IMG/VR virus record: IMGVR_UViG_3300048861_000085
Span: 1 to 47,064 of that record
Reading direction: 5' to 3' (one strand)
From: a virus
Lineage: Duplodnaviria > Caudoviricetes
Length of the DNA: 47,064 bases
The position numbers and the translations under genes are program-made. Of this stretch, positions 7,844-17,255 are shown in pieces; position 1 is the first letter of the stretch; each line of letters starts with the position of its first letter. The notes below the pieces were generated by a model. The model worked only from the letters and a program-made list of their open reading frames with translations. It did not search any database and had not been told where the DNA came from.

Positions 7844-8050
7844 ATGAGCGAGAGAAAGCTGTTGCGGGTAGATCTGCCCAAGGAAGAGGCAGAGAGCCTC
7901 GAGGCGCGTGCCGCAATGCAGGGCGTGCCGACAGAGAAATACCTCGGATATCACGTTTTGCGCAGTTATCGCGGTGTTCTGCACCCGGAAGTCGTCCACT
8001 TCGAGCTGGACGGTATGGGAAAGATCGGCCCGCGCGCCGACGGGGAATAA
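7844..8050 (+). CDS. Hypothetical protein
   Basis: Abuts the previous gene; LRVDLPKEEAESLEARA, RHH-like. Confidence 0.6.
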   Translation: MSERKLLRVDLPKEEAESLEARAAMQGVPTEKYLGYHVLRSYRGVLHPEVVHFELDGMGKIGPRADGE

Positions 8051-8052
8051 CT

Positions 8053-8316
8053 ATGCTGCATCGCCCATTCAATCCCTTTGAGACGCTTTCAACGGAGCTG
8101 CGCCGTCCAGACGTGCGTGCCTCGTTGAAGGCATCGACATCACTGACTGCCGAACAGCTCGACGGCATCGCCAATCACAACGGCAGTATCCCTATGGCGA
8201 CGCTGCGCGAGATTCTTTCCGCGTGTGGCTTGCAGATCGTTCGAACCGACTATCTTGACGCTCTCACTGTCATGGCGCAGCTGGGCGCTGCGCAGATCGG
8301 TGGAGATCTGCGATGA
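8053..8316 (+). CDS. CII-like or hypothetical regulator
   Basis: ILSACGLQIV motif and position before the replication genes. Confidence 0.5.
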   Translation: MLHRPFNPFETLSTELRRPDVRASLKASTSLTAEQLDGIANHNGSIPMATLREILSACGLQIVRTDYLDALTVMAQLGAAQIGGDLR

Positions 8317-8843
8317 GCGGAATGTTCGGTGCCGCGCGCACACAACCTCGGCATAAAAGCGTCGAGTGGTACACCCCTGCGTGGATTTTCGCTGAGCTCG
8401 ATATCGAGTTCGATCTCGATCCGGCCAGTCCTCATGACATGGACTCGGCTGTCCCCGCGCGCGCGAAATACACCGTCTTCGACGACGGTCTCAAGCAGGC
8501 CTGGCACGGCCGGGTTTGGCTGAATCCGCCGTATGGCCGGAGTACTCCGTTCTGGATGAGCCGGTTCATCTCGCACGCGAACGGCATCGCGCTCGTGTTC
8601 AGTCGCACTGATGCCCTGTGGTGTCAGGAGGCGTTGCGCACAGCCGATGCATGTCTGTTCATCGCCGGGAGAATCGAATTCGTCCCCGGAAAGGAAAACC
8701 GACACAAGCGCTCGCGTGCCGGCGCCGGAACAGTGATGTTCGCGTACGGCGACATCTGCGCGGACGCGCTCGAGCGTCTGTCGGATCGTGGCGTCTATCT
8801 TCGGCGCGCACGTCGCGCCGCTTCGCTTCTGGAAGCCGCATGA
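8313..8843 (+). CDS. Phage DNA N6-adenine methyltransferase (Dam-like)
   Basis: EWYTP, FDLDPAS, DGLKQAW, VWLNPPYG, RTD and GRIEF motifs. Confidence 0.9.
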   Translation: MSGMFGAARTQPRHKSVEWYTPAWIFAELDIEFDLDPASPHDMDSAVPARAKYTVFDDGLKQAWHGRVWLNPPYGRSTPFWMSRFISHANGIALVFSRTDALWCQEALRTADACLFIAGRIEFVPGKENRHKRSRAGAGTVMFAYGDICADALERLSDRGVYLRRARRAASLLEAA

Positions 8844-9958
8844 ACGATCTCCCGAATCCCCTCACTCCAGCAGATTGCGATCTGCGCGACTTCGGCTATA
8901 TGCCTGTCGACGTGCAGCGCGTCTGTGACAGCGATCTGGCAGCGCTCGAAACCCCGGAGGCGTGCTGGGCCGCTTTCCTGTTGTGGTGCAAATCGTGGCA
9001 CCAGGTGCCGGCTGCATCGCTCCCTGACGATGATCGAGTTCTCGCCAAATTCACTGGGTACCAGCGTGCGCCCGATGCATGGCAGGCCATTCGCGAAGGC
9101 GCGATGCGCGGCTGGATCAAATGCGCAGACGGACGTCTCTATCATCCCGTTGTCGCTGAGAAGGCGAACGAAGCGTGGTTCGCGAAACACAGACGAGCGC
9201 ACGACCAGTTGGGCGAGCGTGTACGCAAACGCAACAAAGCGCGTATCGAAGCGGGCCTCGTTCCGCTGGAAGTCCCGCCACTCGAACAGTGGATTGACCT
9301 AGGCCGTCCGCTGGAAAAATCTCTTTTTCCGTCCGAGTTTAGTACTCCTTCCTCCGGAAAATCCAAAACTTCCAAGGGAATTCCGAAACCTTCCGCCGGA
9401 AACGATATCGACTTCCGCCGGAACGATGGCGAAATTCCGCCGGAAAACTCTCTTAAGGGAGAGGAGAGGAGAGGAAAGGGAGAGGGAGAAGTTAACACCA
9501 TAGGTTCTAACGACGACGGTGGTACTGCTTCGCGCGCACGCGAAATCGATGGCGTGCTGACCGCCGTCGGAATTTCGACGAGTCTGATCGGCTGGGAGCG
9601 CGAGCGCGGAAAGGCTGCGCGGAACCTGACGCCCAGCCAGCAGCAGGTCATCGATCTCGCGCAGCTGCGCGTGTCCGCCGAAGAACTTCGAAAGGCGTAC
9701 GACCTGGCCGTCGCGGATCGCCTTGCGGTCGGAGACCCGGCGCCGGTGAATGCTGGATTCGTTCGATCGAAGCTGGAGCAGGCCCGGAGGCCCACACCGA
9801 AGCCGCGGGACAACTGGGATCGGACGCAGGAGGGCATCAAGCGCAAAGCTCATGAACTCGGGTTCGGCGATGGCCGTCCGAACGAGTCGTGGGACTCCCT
9901 CAAGGATCGATGCTGGTCGGAGATCCGCCGCCGTGAACAGCAGGGAGTCGCAGCATGA
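8840..9958 (+). CDS. Replication initiator, DUF1376/YdaU type
   Basis: DCDLRDFGYMP...SWHQVPAASLPDDD...DGRLYHPVVAEKA; contains an internal iteron array. Confidence 0.85.
   Translation: MNDLPNPLTPADCDLRDFGYMPVDVQRVCDSDLAALETPEACWAAFLLWCKSWHQVPAASLPDDDRVLAKFTGYQRAPDAWQAIREGAMRGWIKCADGRLYHPVVAEKANEAWFAKHRRAHDQLGERVRKRNKARIEAGLVPLEVPPLEQWIDLGRPLEKSLFPSEFSTPSSGKSKTSKGIPKPSAGNDIDFRRNDGEIPPENSLKGEERRGKGEGEVNTIGSNDDGGTASRAREIDGVLTAVGISTSLIGWERERGKAARNLTPSQQQVIDLAQLRVSAEELRKAYDLAVADRLAVGDPAPVNAGFVRSKLEQARRPTPKPRDNWDRTQEGIKRKAHELGFGDGRPNESWDSLKDRCWSEIRRREQQGVAA
9349..9445. repeat. Iteron array, probable replication origin
   Basis: TTCC-N3-GGAA palindromes at 9349, 9370, 9391, 9413 and 9435 (21-22 bp period), followed by a purine-rich tract. 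Confidence 0.8.
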
Positions 9959-10425
9959 GCACCGTCGATCAATCCCGCGCAGGCATGTGCGCCGCCTACG
10001 GCTGTCCGCTGTTCGCCACTGTTGCGCCCGACGGAAAGTGGATGTGCTTCTGCCACGGGGGCCGCACGACCGGGAGCAACGACGCCATCACGCTCGTGCT
10101 CAACGCGAACCTGCACATCGTCAACGCGATCGTCGATACGCGCCGCTTTGGCTACACCGACGAATGGGCAACGGTGAAGGCGGGTATCGCGAAGGCGCTG
10201 CGCGAAGCTGATCGCGCCGACTTGTTGCCGGGCGAGCAGGACTGCCGCAACGGTTCGGGCCAGCCAGAAATGCGCGCATGGCTTCAGCGCCTCGAGCGCG
10301 TGCTCATCGACCTGACGAAAGACGTTGGCCAGCAGATGCAGCTTCCGAAGACCGTGCCAACCGCGCCAGTCATCGGCCCAACGCACGCATCGACATATCA
10401 CCCCTACGCGGAGACCGGCAAATGA
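9955..10425 (+). CDS. Hypothetical Cys/His (Zn-binding?) protein
   Basis: CAAYGCP...WMCFCH; ATGA-coupled to the initiator. Confidence 0.7.
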   Translation: MSTVDQSRAGMCAAYGCPLFATVAPDGKWMCFCHGGRTTGSNDAITLVLNANLHIVNAIVDTRRFGYTDEWATVKAGIAKALREADRADLLPGEQDCRNGSGQPEMRAWLQRLERVLIDLTKDVGQQMQLPKTVPTAPVIGPTHASTYHPYAETGK

Positions 10426-10582
10426 CGGTTACCACGCGCCAGTTACCAAACCGAGTTACCACGCGAGAAAGTGGAAACCTCTCAGGAGCGAGCATGCTGC
10501 CCGACAACTTCGACCCGCTTTACGCCGCGCTCGGCATCCGTCGTCGCGCATGGACTCAGCCGCAACCGCAAAAGGTGACTCG

Positions 10583-10708
10583 ATGAACCTCGCACATGTG
10601 CCCGCTGTTCCGTCTTCGGACTTCCAAGGCGTCGTCGTCGTGCTCGTGTGGACCGCCATGTGCATCTTCGGGATGGCGCTCATCAAGCGCATGCAGGACC
10701 GCCAATGA
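10583..10708 (+). CDS. Small membrane protein
   Basis: MNLAHVPAV...VVVVLVWTAMCIFGMALI; coupled to rusA. Confidence 0.45.
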   Translation: MNLAHVPAVPSSDFQGVVVVLVWTAMCIFGMALIKRMQDRQ

Positions 10709-11235
10709 AGCCAGCGCCGATCGAATTCGTGATCCTCGGCGAACCTGCGTCGAAGGCGAACAGCCGCGAGATCGTCACGCTGCGATATCGCGACAAGGCG
10801 ACCGGGCAAATGAAATCTCGGCCCCAAGTGCGCAAGAGCGATAAGGCGCTCGACTACGAACGCAATGCGTTGAAGCAGATTCCGCCGCGATATCGCGTTC
10901 GCTATGCGGGGCCGGTGTCGGTCACGCTGAAGATCTACTACGCCACGGAACGGCCTGACCTCGACGAGTCCGTCGTGCTCGACGTGCTGCAGGATCGGTA
11001 CGAGTCCGTCACGCGCGACGGCGAGAAGGTGCGCGAGCTGGTGCAGAAGGGTGTGTATCGGAATGATCGCCAGGTGCGCGAGAAGCACGTCTATCACGGC
11101 ATCGACAGGGCGAACCCGCGCACCCACGTGAGCATCCTGCCGCTGCTGCCGCAGCAGGCGGAGTTCGATCTGCCGAACAGCATGACTCAAAGTCATCCTG
11201 TCGCGCCGTCGCTGATCGATCCTTTGGAGGTGTGA
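10705..11235 (+). CDS. rusA: RusA-like Holliday junction resolvase
   Basis: GEPASKANSR, GPVSVTL, RPDLD and NDRQV motifs. Confidence 0.8.
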   Translation: MKPAPIEFVILGEPASKANSREIVTLRYRDKATGQMKSRPQVRKSDKALDYERNALKQIPPRYRVRYAGPVSVTLKIYYATERPDLDESVVLDVLQDRYESVTRDGEKVRELVQKGVYRNDRQVREKHVYHGIDRANPRTHVSILPLLPQQAEFDLPNSMTQSHPVAPSLIDPLEV

Positions 11236-11498
11236 TGAAGATCATCGGGGCAGCTCCGCTCACGGCGTTCCAGCTCGCGTGCAGTCTCCCGCGCAACGCG
11301 AAGTTTCGCGCGTTCGTCGCCAGTGTCCGGAAGTGCGATGCAGTCACCATCGACGACGCCGGGCAATTCATCCGCGAACGCTGCGAGGTCGAATCGCGCC
11401 GGGAGTTGGAGACCGATTACGAAGCCGTCTACCGCTTTCACAGCCGAGTCCGCAAGCCCTTCGTCGCTTGGTGCGCGCAGCAGGCAGAACACGCATAG
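11232..11498 (+). CDS. Hypothetical nin-region protein
   Basis: IRERCEVESRRELETD; operonic. Confidence 0.6.
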   Translation: MMKIIGAAPLTAFQLACSLPRNAKFRAFVASVRKCDAVTIDDAGQFIRERCEVESRRELETDYEAVYRFHSRVRKPFVAWCAQQAEHA

Positions 11499-11569
11499 CC
11501 ACCCTGGTACGCGCTCCCCCGGCGCGTCGTTTGGCTCACGAAACGAGCCATCAATACACGGGGATAGCA

Positions 11570-12013
11570 ATGTCATTCAAATCATTCGATGAGCGGCTCG
11601 ACAACTGGGCGCGAACCGTCCGAACCTCGCAGCACCGGGACGCGGCATGCGCCTGGTGGGCGGAGATGTACGTGAAGATCCGGGACTCACGCGCCGGACT
11701 GACTCCGCCGCCGATTCCGCGCGATGAGCTCGACGGATGGATGGTTGAGGAGGCTTGGAAGCACTTGCCCAACCACGTGAGCAAGTGGATCCTGCGATAC
11801 CACTTCGTTTTCAACATGGGTCAAGAGCAGATTCAGGCGACGCTCTGGCGCAAGCACAAAGTCAGGGTGCGCGGGTATCAGTTCGAGCTCAGCTTGCAGA
11901 CTGCTCGGACGGCGATCGGTCATGAGATCGTCCGGATCTCCGGATGGCAGGTGTTACCAGTATTTCCAGACGATTCAAAGAAGATTTGTAAACTCGAAGA
12001 ATTGTTCATATAA
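11570..12013 (+). CDS. Putative late-gene antiterminator (Q-like)
   Basis: RLDNWAR...VEEAWKHLP...LRYHF; immediately upstream of a consensus promoter and terminator. Confidence 0.65.
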   Translation: MSFKSFDERLDNWARTVRTSQHRDAACAWWAEMYVKIRDSRAGLTPPPIPRDELDGWMVEEAWKHLPNHVSKWILRYHFVFNMGQEQIQATLWRKHKVRVRGYQFELSLQTARTAIGHEIVRISGWQVLPVFPDDSKKICKLEELFI

Positions 12014-12014
12014 T
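11986..12014 (+). promoter_or_regulatory. Late promoter PR'
   Basis: TTGTAA, 17 bp, TATAAT. Confidence 0.8.
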
Positions 12015-12097
12015 GCGCCGCAGATGACTACCTGCCGCCTTTGAGCGTGCTTCTGATCCTGCCCGTTGGCGGGATCAGGTCGCCCAGACAAAATCGC

Positions 12098-12121
12098 AAA
12101 CCCGCCTTGAGCGGGTTTTTT
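12098..12121 (+). terminator. tR'-like terminator
   Basis: aaacccgc-cttga-gcgggtttttt. Confidence 0.8.
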
Positions 12122-12238
12122 CGTTTCTGGGCCACCCTCAATCGGGCGCGCGTCTTCGGACGTGGCGTCGTCGGAACCGTAACCGACACATCTTGCCCAC
12201 GCCCGCATCCCGCGGGCGTTTCCATTTCGGAGCGCATC

Positions 12239-12592
12239 ATGTCTTACAAAGTCGAACTCACCGTCACCGCTGGCGGCGATCCGATCCCGTCGCCCACCGG
12301 CCTCGGTTCGGGTGCCACCCGCTTCACGATCACGGACACGAACGGCGCCGTGGTCCAGACGCAGGACGTCGACGGCAACTCCGCGACGTTCACCGGTCTG
12401 TCGGACGGCACGTTCTCGGCGAGCGCGCAGCTGCTCGACACCGCCGGCGCGCCGCTCGGCGACGCCGTGACGACCAGCTTCGTTGACGGCAACCAAGTGC
12501 CGACGGATCCGGGTCAGCCCACGGGCGGCGAACCGTCCAGCGCCACATACGTTCCGCTCGCGTCGATCAGCGCGAACGTCACGCCGGAGTAA
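12239..12592 (+). CDS. Beta-rich, Ig/Fn3-like protein; first late gene
   Basis: Thr/Gly-rich beta strands (ATFTGLSDGTFSASAQ); GGAG RBS. Confidence 0.6.
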   Translation: MSYKVELTVTAGGDPIPSPTGLGSGATRFTITDTNGAVVQTQDVDGNSATFTGLSDGTFSASAQLLDTAGAPLGDAVTTSFVDGNQVPTDPGQPTGGEPSSATYVPLASISANVTPE

Positions 12593-12597
12593 GTGCC

Positions 12598-12804
12598 ATG
12601 CCGGAAAGCTATCGGCCGCTCAAGGCCATTTCCGGCACCGTGACCGAGGAGCCACCCGTCGTGGCTCCTCCACCGCAGCATAAGCCGCATCATCCTGGGC
12701 ACACGCTCGTCGAAAAGCTATACGTCGAGCTGATCCGGTTCGGTGCGCACGCGGACGTCATCGTGATCGACCTCATCAACCGCATCAAATCGGAATTCCG
12801 GTAG
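12598..12804 (+). CDS. Hypothetical protein
   Basis: Operonic spacing before terS. Confidence 0.5.
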   Translation: MPESYRPLKAISGTVTEEPPVVAPPPQHKPHHPGHTLVEKLYVELIRFGAHADVIVIDLINRIKSEFR

Positions 12805-12812
12805 GAAGCATC

Positions 12813-13472
12813 ATGGCGCAGGAAAAGAAAGCCGCGCCGGATTGGGAGCGCATCGAGGTCGACTATCGCGCCGGCATCCTGTCCGTGCGCGAGATCGCGA
12901 AGCGGCAAGGCGTGTCGCATGTCGCGATCCAGAAGCGCGCCGAACGTGAAGGATGGGAACGCGACCTATCCGGAAAGATTCGTGCGAAGGCCGACGCCGT
13001 CATCGCAAAGAAAGCGGTCGTCGAAGAATCGCCGGGCCTGTCGAAGGAACTGACTGTCGCCGTCATCAAGGAAAACGGCGAGCAGCTCGCCTCGGTGATG
13101 CTCACGCAGCGCCGCAGTGTCGCGCGTGCTCACACGCTGTGCATGCGGCTGCTCGCGGAGCTAGAGGCGACGACGAGCGACCCGGAGTTGTTCTCGACTC
13201 TCGGCGAGTTCCTGCGCGAAGAAGGTGGCGATGCCGCTGCGAAGCGCTCCGCTGCGTTCGAGAAGGTCATGACGTTCACCAGCCGTGTGGACAACATGAA
13301 AAAGCTCGGCGAGACATTGCGAAATCTCGTGACCGTCGAGCGCGATATCTACGGCTTGAACAACCCAGAGCCACCTCCGCCGCCGGCCCCGGCAGGCGCG
13401 GGAGGCGGTCACACGGTCGTATCAGACGATCCGATTGCAGCTGCTCGCGCGTATCAAGCGCTAATGAACTGA
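12813..13472 (+). CDS. terS: Terminase small subunit
   Basis: [21 protein letters not shown]...[17 protein letters not shown]; precedes terL. Confidence 0.85.
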   Translation: MAQEKKAAPDWERIEVDYRAGILSVREIAKRQGVSHVAIQKRAEREGWERDLSGKIRAKADAVIAKKAVVEESPGLSKELTVAVIKENGEQLASVMLTQRRSVARAHTLCMRLLAELEATTSDPELFSTLGEFLREEGGDAAAKRSAAFEKVMTFTSRVDNMKKLGETLRNLVTVERDIYGLNNPEPPPPPAPAGAGGGHTVVSDDPIAAARAYQALMN

Positions 13473-15067
13473 TGCCCATCCCTTTCCCGTTCGACTTCCG
13501 CAAGCCTGACTATCGGCAGGTCTTCGAATGGCGGATGGAACGCCTGCAGCGCATTCGCGCGGTGCCGGACCAGATCCCGCACCTGAGGTCGTATTACGCT
13601 GTGAACCCGGCGCAGTTCATCATCGACTGGGGCATGACGTTCGATCCTCGTAACGTCGAGCGCGGGCTGCCGGCGACGATTCCTTTCCTGCTGTTCCCGA
13701 AGCAGGAAGAATGGATTCATTGGTTTCTCGAACGTTGGGAGAATCAGGAGCCAGGCATCACAGAGAAGACGCGCGACATGGGCATGTCGTGGCTCACGAT
13801 CGGCCTGGCAGACACCATCTGCCTCTTTCGGCACGGCGTGGTCGCGGGTTTCGGCTCGCGCAAGGAAGAGTACGTCGACAAGATCGGTTCGCCGAAGTCG
13901 CTCTTCTGGAAGGCGCGGATGTTCATCGAGATGCTGCCCGTCGAGTTCCGCGGCGGCTGGGACAAGACGCGCCACGGCGCGCACATGCGCATCCAGTTTC
14001 CAGAGTCAGGCTCGGTCATCACCGGCGAGGCAGGCGACAACATTGGGCGCGGCGACCGTGCGAGCTTCTACATCGTCGACGAATCAGCGTTCCTCGAGCG
14101 GCCGCACTTGGTCGAGGCGTCGCTGTCGGTGACGACGAACTGTCGGCAGGACATCAGCACGCCCAACGGCATGGGCAACCCGTTCGCGCAGCGCCGCTTC
14201 GGCGGAAAGGTGAAGGTCTTCACGTTCCACTGGCGCGATGACCCGCGCAAGGATGACGCGTGGTACGCAAAGCAGGTCGCTGAGAACGACCCCGTGACGG
14301 TCGCGCAGGAGATCGACATCAACTATTCGGCCTCGGTCGAAGGTGTCGTGATACCGGGCGCGTGGGTGCAGGCAGCAATCGACGCGCACAAAAAGCTTGG
14401 CATCGAGCCGAGCGGCGTGCGTAAGGGTGCGCTCGACGTGGCCGATGAAGGTCGCGACCTGAATGCATTTTCTGGACGCAACGGCTTTCTGCTGGACTTC
14501 CTTGAGTCCTGGTCGGGCAAAGGCGACGATATCTTCGGCACCGTGCAGCGCTCGTTCATGATCTGCGACGATCGTGATTACGAGTTCTTTGACTACGACG
14601 CCGACGGTATGGGCGCCGGCGTGCGTGGTGACGCGCGCGTGATCAACGAGCAGCGTCGCGAACGTGGCACGCCGGAGATTCGAGTCGAACCGTTCCGCGG
14701 CTCTGGCGCCGTCTATGACCCGGAAGGCGAGATGGTGCCCAAGCGCAAGAACAAGGATTTCTTCGCGAACGCGAAAGCGCAGGCCTGGTGGGCGCTGCGC
14801 ATGCGCTTTCAGAAAACGTATCGAGCGGTGGTCGAAGGCATGGAGTTCAACCCCGACGACATCATCGCGATCGATTCGGGCTTGCCTTTGCTCACGAAAC
14901 TCACGATGGAGCTCGCGCAGCCCACGTACACGATCAACGGTGTGGGCAAGATCGTCATCGACAAGGCGCCGGACGGTACGCGCTCTCCTAACCTGGCTGA
15001 TTCCGTGATGATCTCGTATCAGCCTAACGGCCGATCGATGGAGGTCTGGGCGGCGCTGGCCGATTGA
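13472..15067 (+). CDS. terL: Terminase large subunit
   Basis: [10 protein letters not shown] (Walker A variant), YIVDE (Walker B), [16 protein letters not shown] and SPNLADS nuclease motifs. Confidence 0.93.
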   Translation: MPIPFPFDFRKPDYRQVFEWRMERLQRIRAVPDQIPHLRSYYAVNPAQFIIDWGMTFDPRNVERGLPATIPFLLFPKQEEWIHWFLERWENQEPGITEKTRDMGMSWLTIGLADTICLFRHGVVAGFGSRKEEYVDKIGSPKSLFWKARMFIEMLPVEFRGGWDKTRHGAHMRIQFPESGSVITGEAGDNIGRGDRASFYIVDESAFLERPHLVEASLSVTTNCRQDISTPNGMGNPFAQRRFGGKVKVFTFHWRDDPRKDDAWYAKQVAENDPVTVAQEIDINYSASVEGVVIPGAWVQAAIDAHKKLGIEPSGVRKGALDVADEGRDLNAFSGRNGFLLDFLESWSGKGDDIFGTVQRSFMICDDRDYEFFDYDADGMGAGVRGDARVINEQRRERGTPEIRVEPFRGSGAVYDPEGEMVPKRKNKDFFANAKAQAWWALRMRFQKTYRAVVEGMEFNPDDIIAIDSGLPLLTKLTMELAQPTYTINGVGKIVIDKAPDGTRSPNLADSVMISYQPNGRSMEVWAALAD

Positions 15068-15108
15068 TTCACTCCGGCACGCGAACACAACGATAGGATT
15101 TTCGTCTT

Positions 15109-16596
15109 ATGGCACGCAAGCGAGCTAATTCATCCGCATCGCAGCCAGCGCAAGGCGGCGGACGCTTCCGCGCCGAGGACAGCTTCGCGAACTTCGCCGC
15201 GCGCGTCGGTGTCGGCACCGACAATCAGTCGAGCAACTCGAGCTATCAGTTCGACTTCATCAGTCGCAATCGCATCAAGGTCGAAGCGATGTACCGCTCA
15301 TCTTGGCTCGTCGGACAGGCCGTCGATGTGGTTGCCGAGGATATGACGCGCGCTGGCATTGAGATCATCGGAGATGACGTTGATCCGAAGGATAAGGAGC
15401 GGCTGTATCGCGCGCTCCAGCGCCTTGGGCTGTGGGACAAGGTTGCAGACACAATCAAGTGGGGTCGCCTCTACGGCGGCGCCATCGGCGTGCTGCTGAT
15501 CGACGGTCAGAACATGGCCACACCGCTGCGTCGCGAGACGGTTGGTAAAGGCCAGTTCAAGGGCATCTACGTCCTCGATCGTTGGATGTGCCAGCCATCT
15601 CTAACGGAGAAGGTGACCGAGTTCGGCCCACACTTTGGCGAGCCGCTCAATTACACGGTGCTCACGACGCAGTCACCGCTGGATGGCAAGGTCATTCACT
15701 ACTCGCGCGTCGTGCGCATTGATGGCGTCGACCTGCCGTATCAGCAGCGCTTCAGCGAACAGGGCTGGGGCCAGTCAGTTATCGAGCGGCTGTACGATCG
15801 CCTCGTCGCGTTCGACAGCACCACGCAAGGCGCGGCGCAGCTCGTGTACAAGGCGCATTTGCGCACGCTGTCAGTGAAGGGGCTGCGCGAGATCCTCGCG
15901 GCGGGAGGCCCCGCGGAGCGCGCGCTGCTGCGCAATGTCGAGATGATCCGGCGCTTGCAGTCGAACGAAGGCCTGACGCTCGTCGACACGGAAGACAAGT
16001 TCGAAACGCATCAGTACACGTTCTCGGGGCTCGATAACGTGCTGCTTCAGTTCGGCCAGCAGCTGTCGGGAGCGTTGCAGATTCCGCTCGTTCGTCTTTT
16101 CGGCCAGTCGCCTGCCGGTCTGAATGCCACCGGCGAATCCGACATGGAGATGTATCGCGACGGCATCAAGCAGCAGCAGGAGCGCCGTCTTCGAAGTCCC
16201 TTCGAGACGATCATCGATATCACGTGGCGGTCTGAGTTCGGCTCAGAACCGCCCAAGGATCTCGCGCACGAGTTCCGCTCTCTCGCGCAGATGTCGGATG
16301 TCGAGAAAGCGACGGTAGCTAACACGGTCGCGGACGCTGTCACGAAGGCCTATGACATGCAGGCCATCGATCGCGCGACTGCAATGAAGGAACTGCGCGG
16401 CTCGAGCCACGCGACCGGCATCTTCAGCAACATCACCGACGAAATGATTGCCGAGGCGGAGAACGACCCGCCGCCTATGTTGGACATGCCCAATGCTGAC
16501 GATGAGAACAACGGACCGGAAGCGCGATCGCAATCGCAACCGGGATCCGGTGAAAACCCGTCGGGCGGAGCTTTCCTACGCCGGACAGCTGCGTAA
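15109..16596 (+). CDS. Portal protein (DUF1073-type)
   Basis: YRSSWL...VAEDMTR, RLYGG and IPLVRLFGQSPAGLNATGESD; follows terL. Confidence 0.9.
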   Translation: MARKRANSSASQPAQGGGRFRAEDSFANFAARVGVGTDNQSSNSSYQFDFISRNRIKVEAMYRSSWLVGQAVDVVAEDMTRAGIEIIGDDVDPKDKERLYRALQRLGLWDKVADTIKWGRLYGGAIGVLLIDGQNMATPLRRETVGKGQFKGIYVLDRWMCQPSLTEKVTEFGPHFGEPLNYTVLTTQSPLDGKVIHYSRVVRIDGVDLPYQQRFSEQGWGQSVIERLYDRLVAFDSTTQGAAQLVYKAHLRTLSVKGLREILAAGGPAERALLRNVEMIRRLQSNEGLTLVDTEDKFETHQYTFSGLDNVLLQFGQQLSGALQIPLVRLFGQSPAGLNATGESDMEMYRDGIKQQQERRLRSPFETIIDITWRSEFGSEPPKDLAHEFRSLAQMSDVEKATVANTVADAVTKAYDMQAIDRATAMKELRGSSHATGIFSNITDEMIAEAENDPPPMLDMPNADDENNGPEARSQSQPGSGENPSGGAFLRRTAA

Positions 16597-17254
16597 GGTC
16601 GCACAGCAGGTTGGCGCGATCGTCGACGGGTTCCCGGCCGGCGACCCTGAGGCGGTGCCGACAATCACGGACATGCTCGCGAAGTACGCGGAGCTTCTCA
16701 TCCCGTGGGCGACGGCCACCGCTTCGAAGATGCTCGGCGAGGTCAATCGGCGCGACGAGCAAGCGTGGTTCTCGCACGCGAACGAGATATCGCGCGCGTT
16801 GCGCGAGGAAATCCGCATGGCGCCGACCGGCGCACTGATGCAACAGCTTCTCGCCGAGCAGGTCACGCTCATCAAGAGCTTGCCGCTCGACGCCGCACAG
16901 CGTGTGCACGAGCTCACGCTCGCTGGCATCGAAGACGGCACGCGCGCGAAGGAAATTGCGAAAGAGATTCAGCGTTCCGGCGAGGTGTCCGCGAACCGCG
17001 CGAATCTGATCGCGCGAACCGAGGTAGCACGCACGGCATCGAAGCTGACCGAAGCGCGTGCGCTGCACATCGGCAGCGAAGGCTATATCTGGCGTACGTC
17101 GAAGGATTCGGACGTCAGGCACTCGCATCGCGAGATGGAAGGCAAGTATGTCCGGTGGGACACGCCACCACGTCTTTCTGATGGCACCGTCACTCACGCG
17201 GGCCAGATCTACAACTGTCGATGCTATCCGGAGCCGGTTATCCCGGACCTATGA
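16493..17254 (+). CDS. Head morphogenesis/minor head protein (SPP1 gp7/Mu F family)
   Basis: RANLIARTE, YIWRTSKDSDVRHSH and NCRC motifs. Confidence 0.9.
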   Translation: MLTMRTTDRKRDRNRNRDPVKTRRAELSYAGQLRKVAQQVGAIVDGFPAGDPEAVPTITDMLAKYAELLIPWATATASKMLGEVNRRDEQAWFSHANEISRALREEIRMAPTGALMQQLLAEQVTLIKSLPLDAAQRVHELTLAGIEDGTRAKEIAKEIQRSGEVSANRANLIARTEVARTASKLTEARALHIGSEGYIWRTSKDSDVRHSHREMEGKYVRWDTPPRLSDGTVTHAGQIYNCRCYPEPVIPDL

Positions 17255-17255
17255 C

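Noticed and set aside
15109-16596. Anti-CBASS Acb1 label often attached to this family
   Set aside because: Position after terL and motifs indicate the portal; no separate phosphoesterase domain seen
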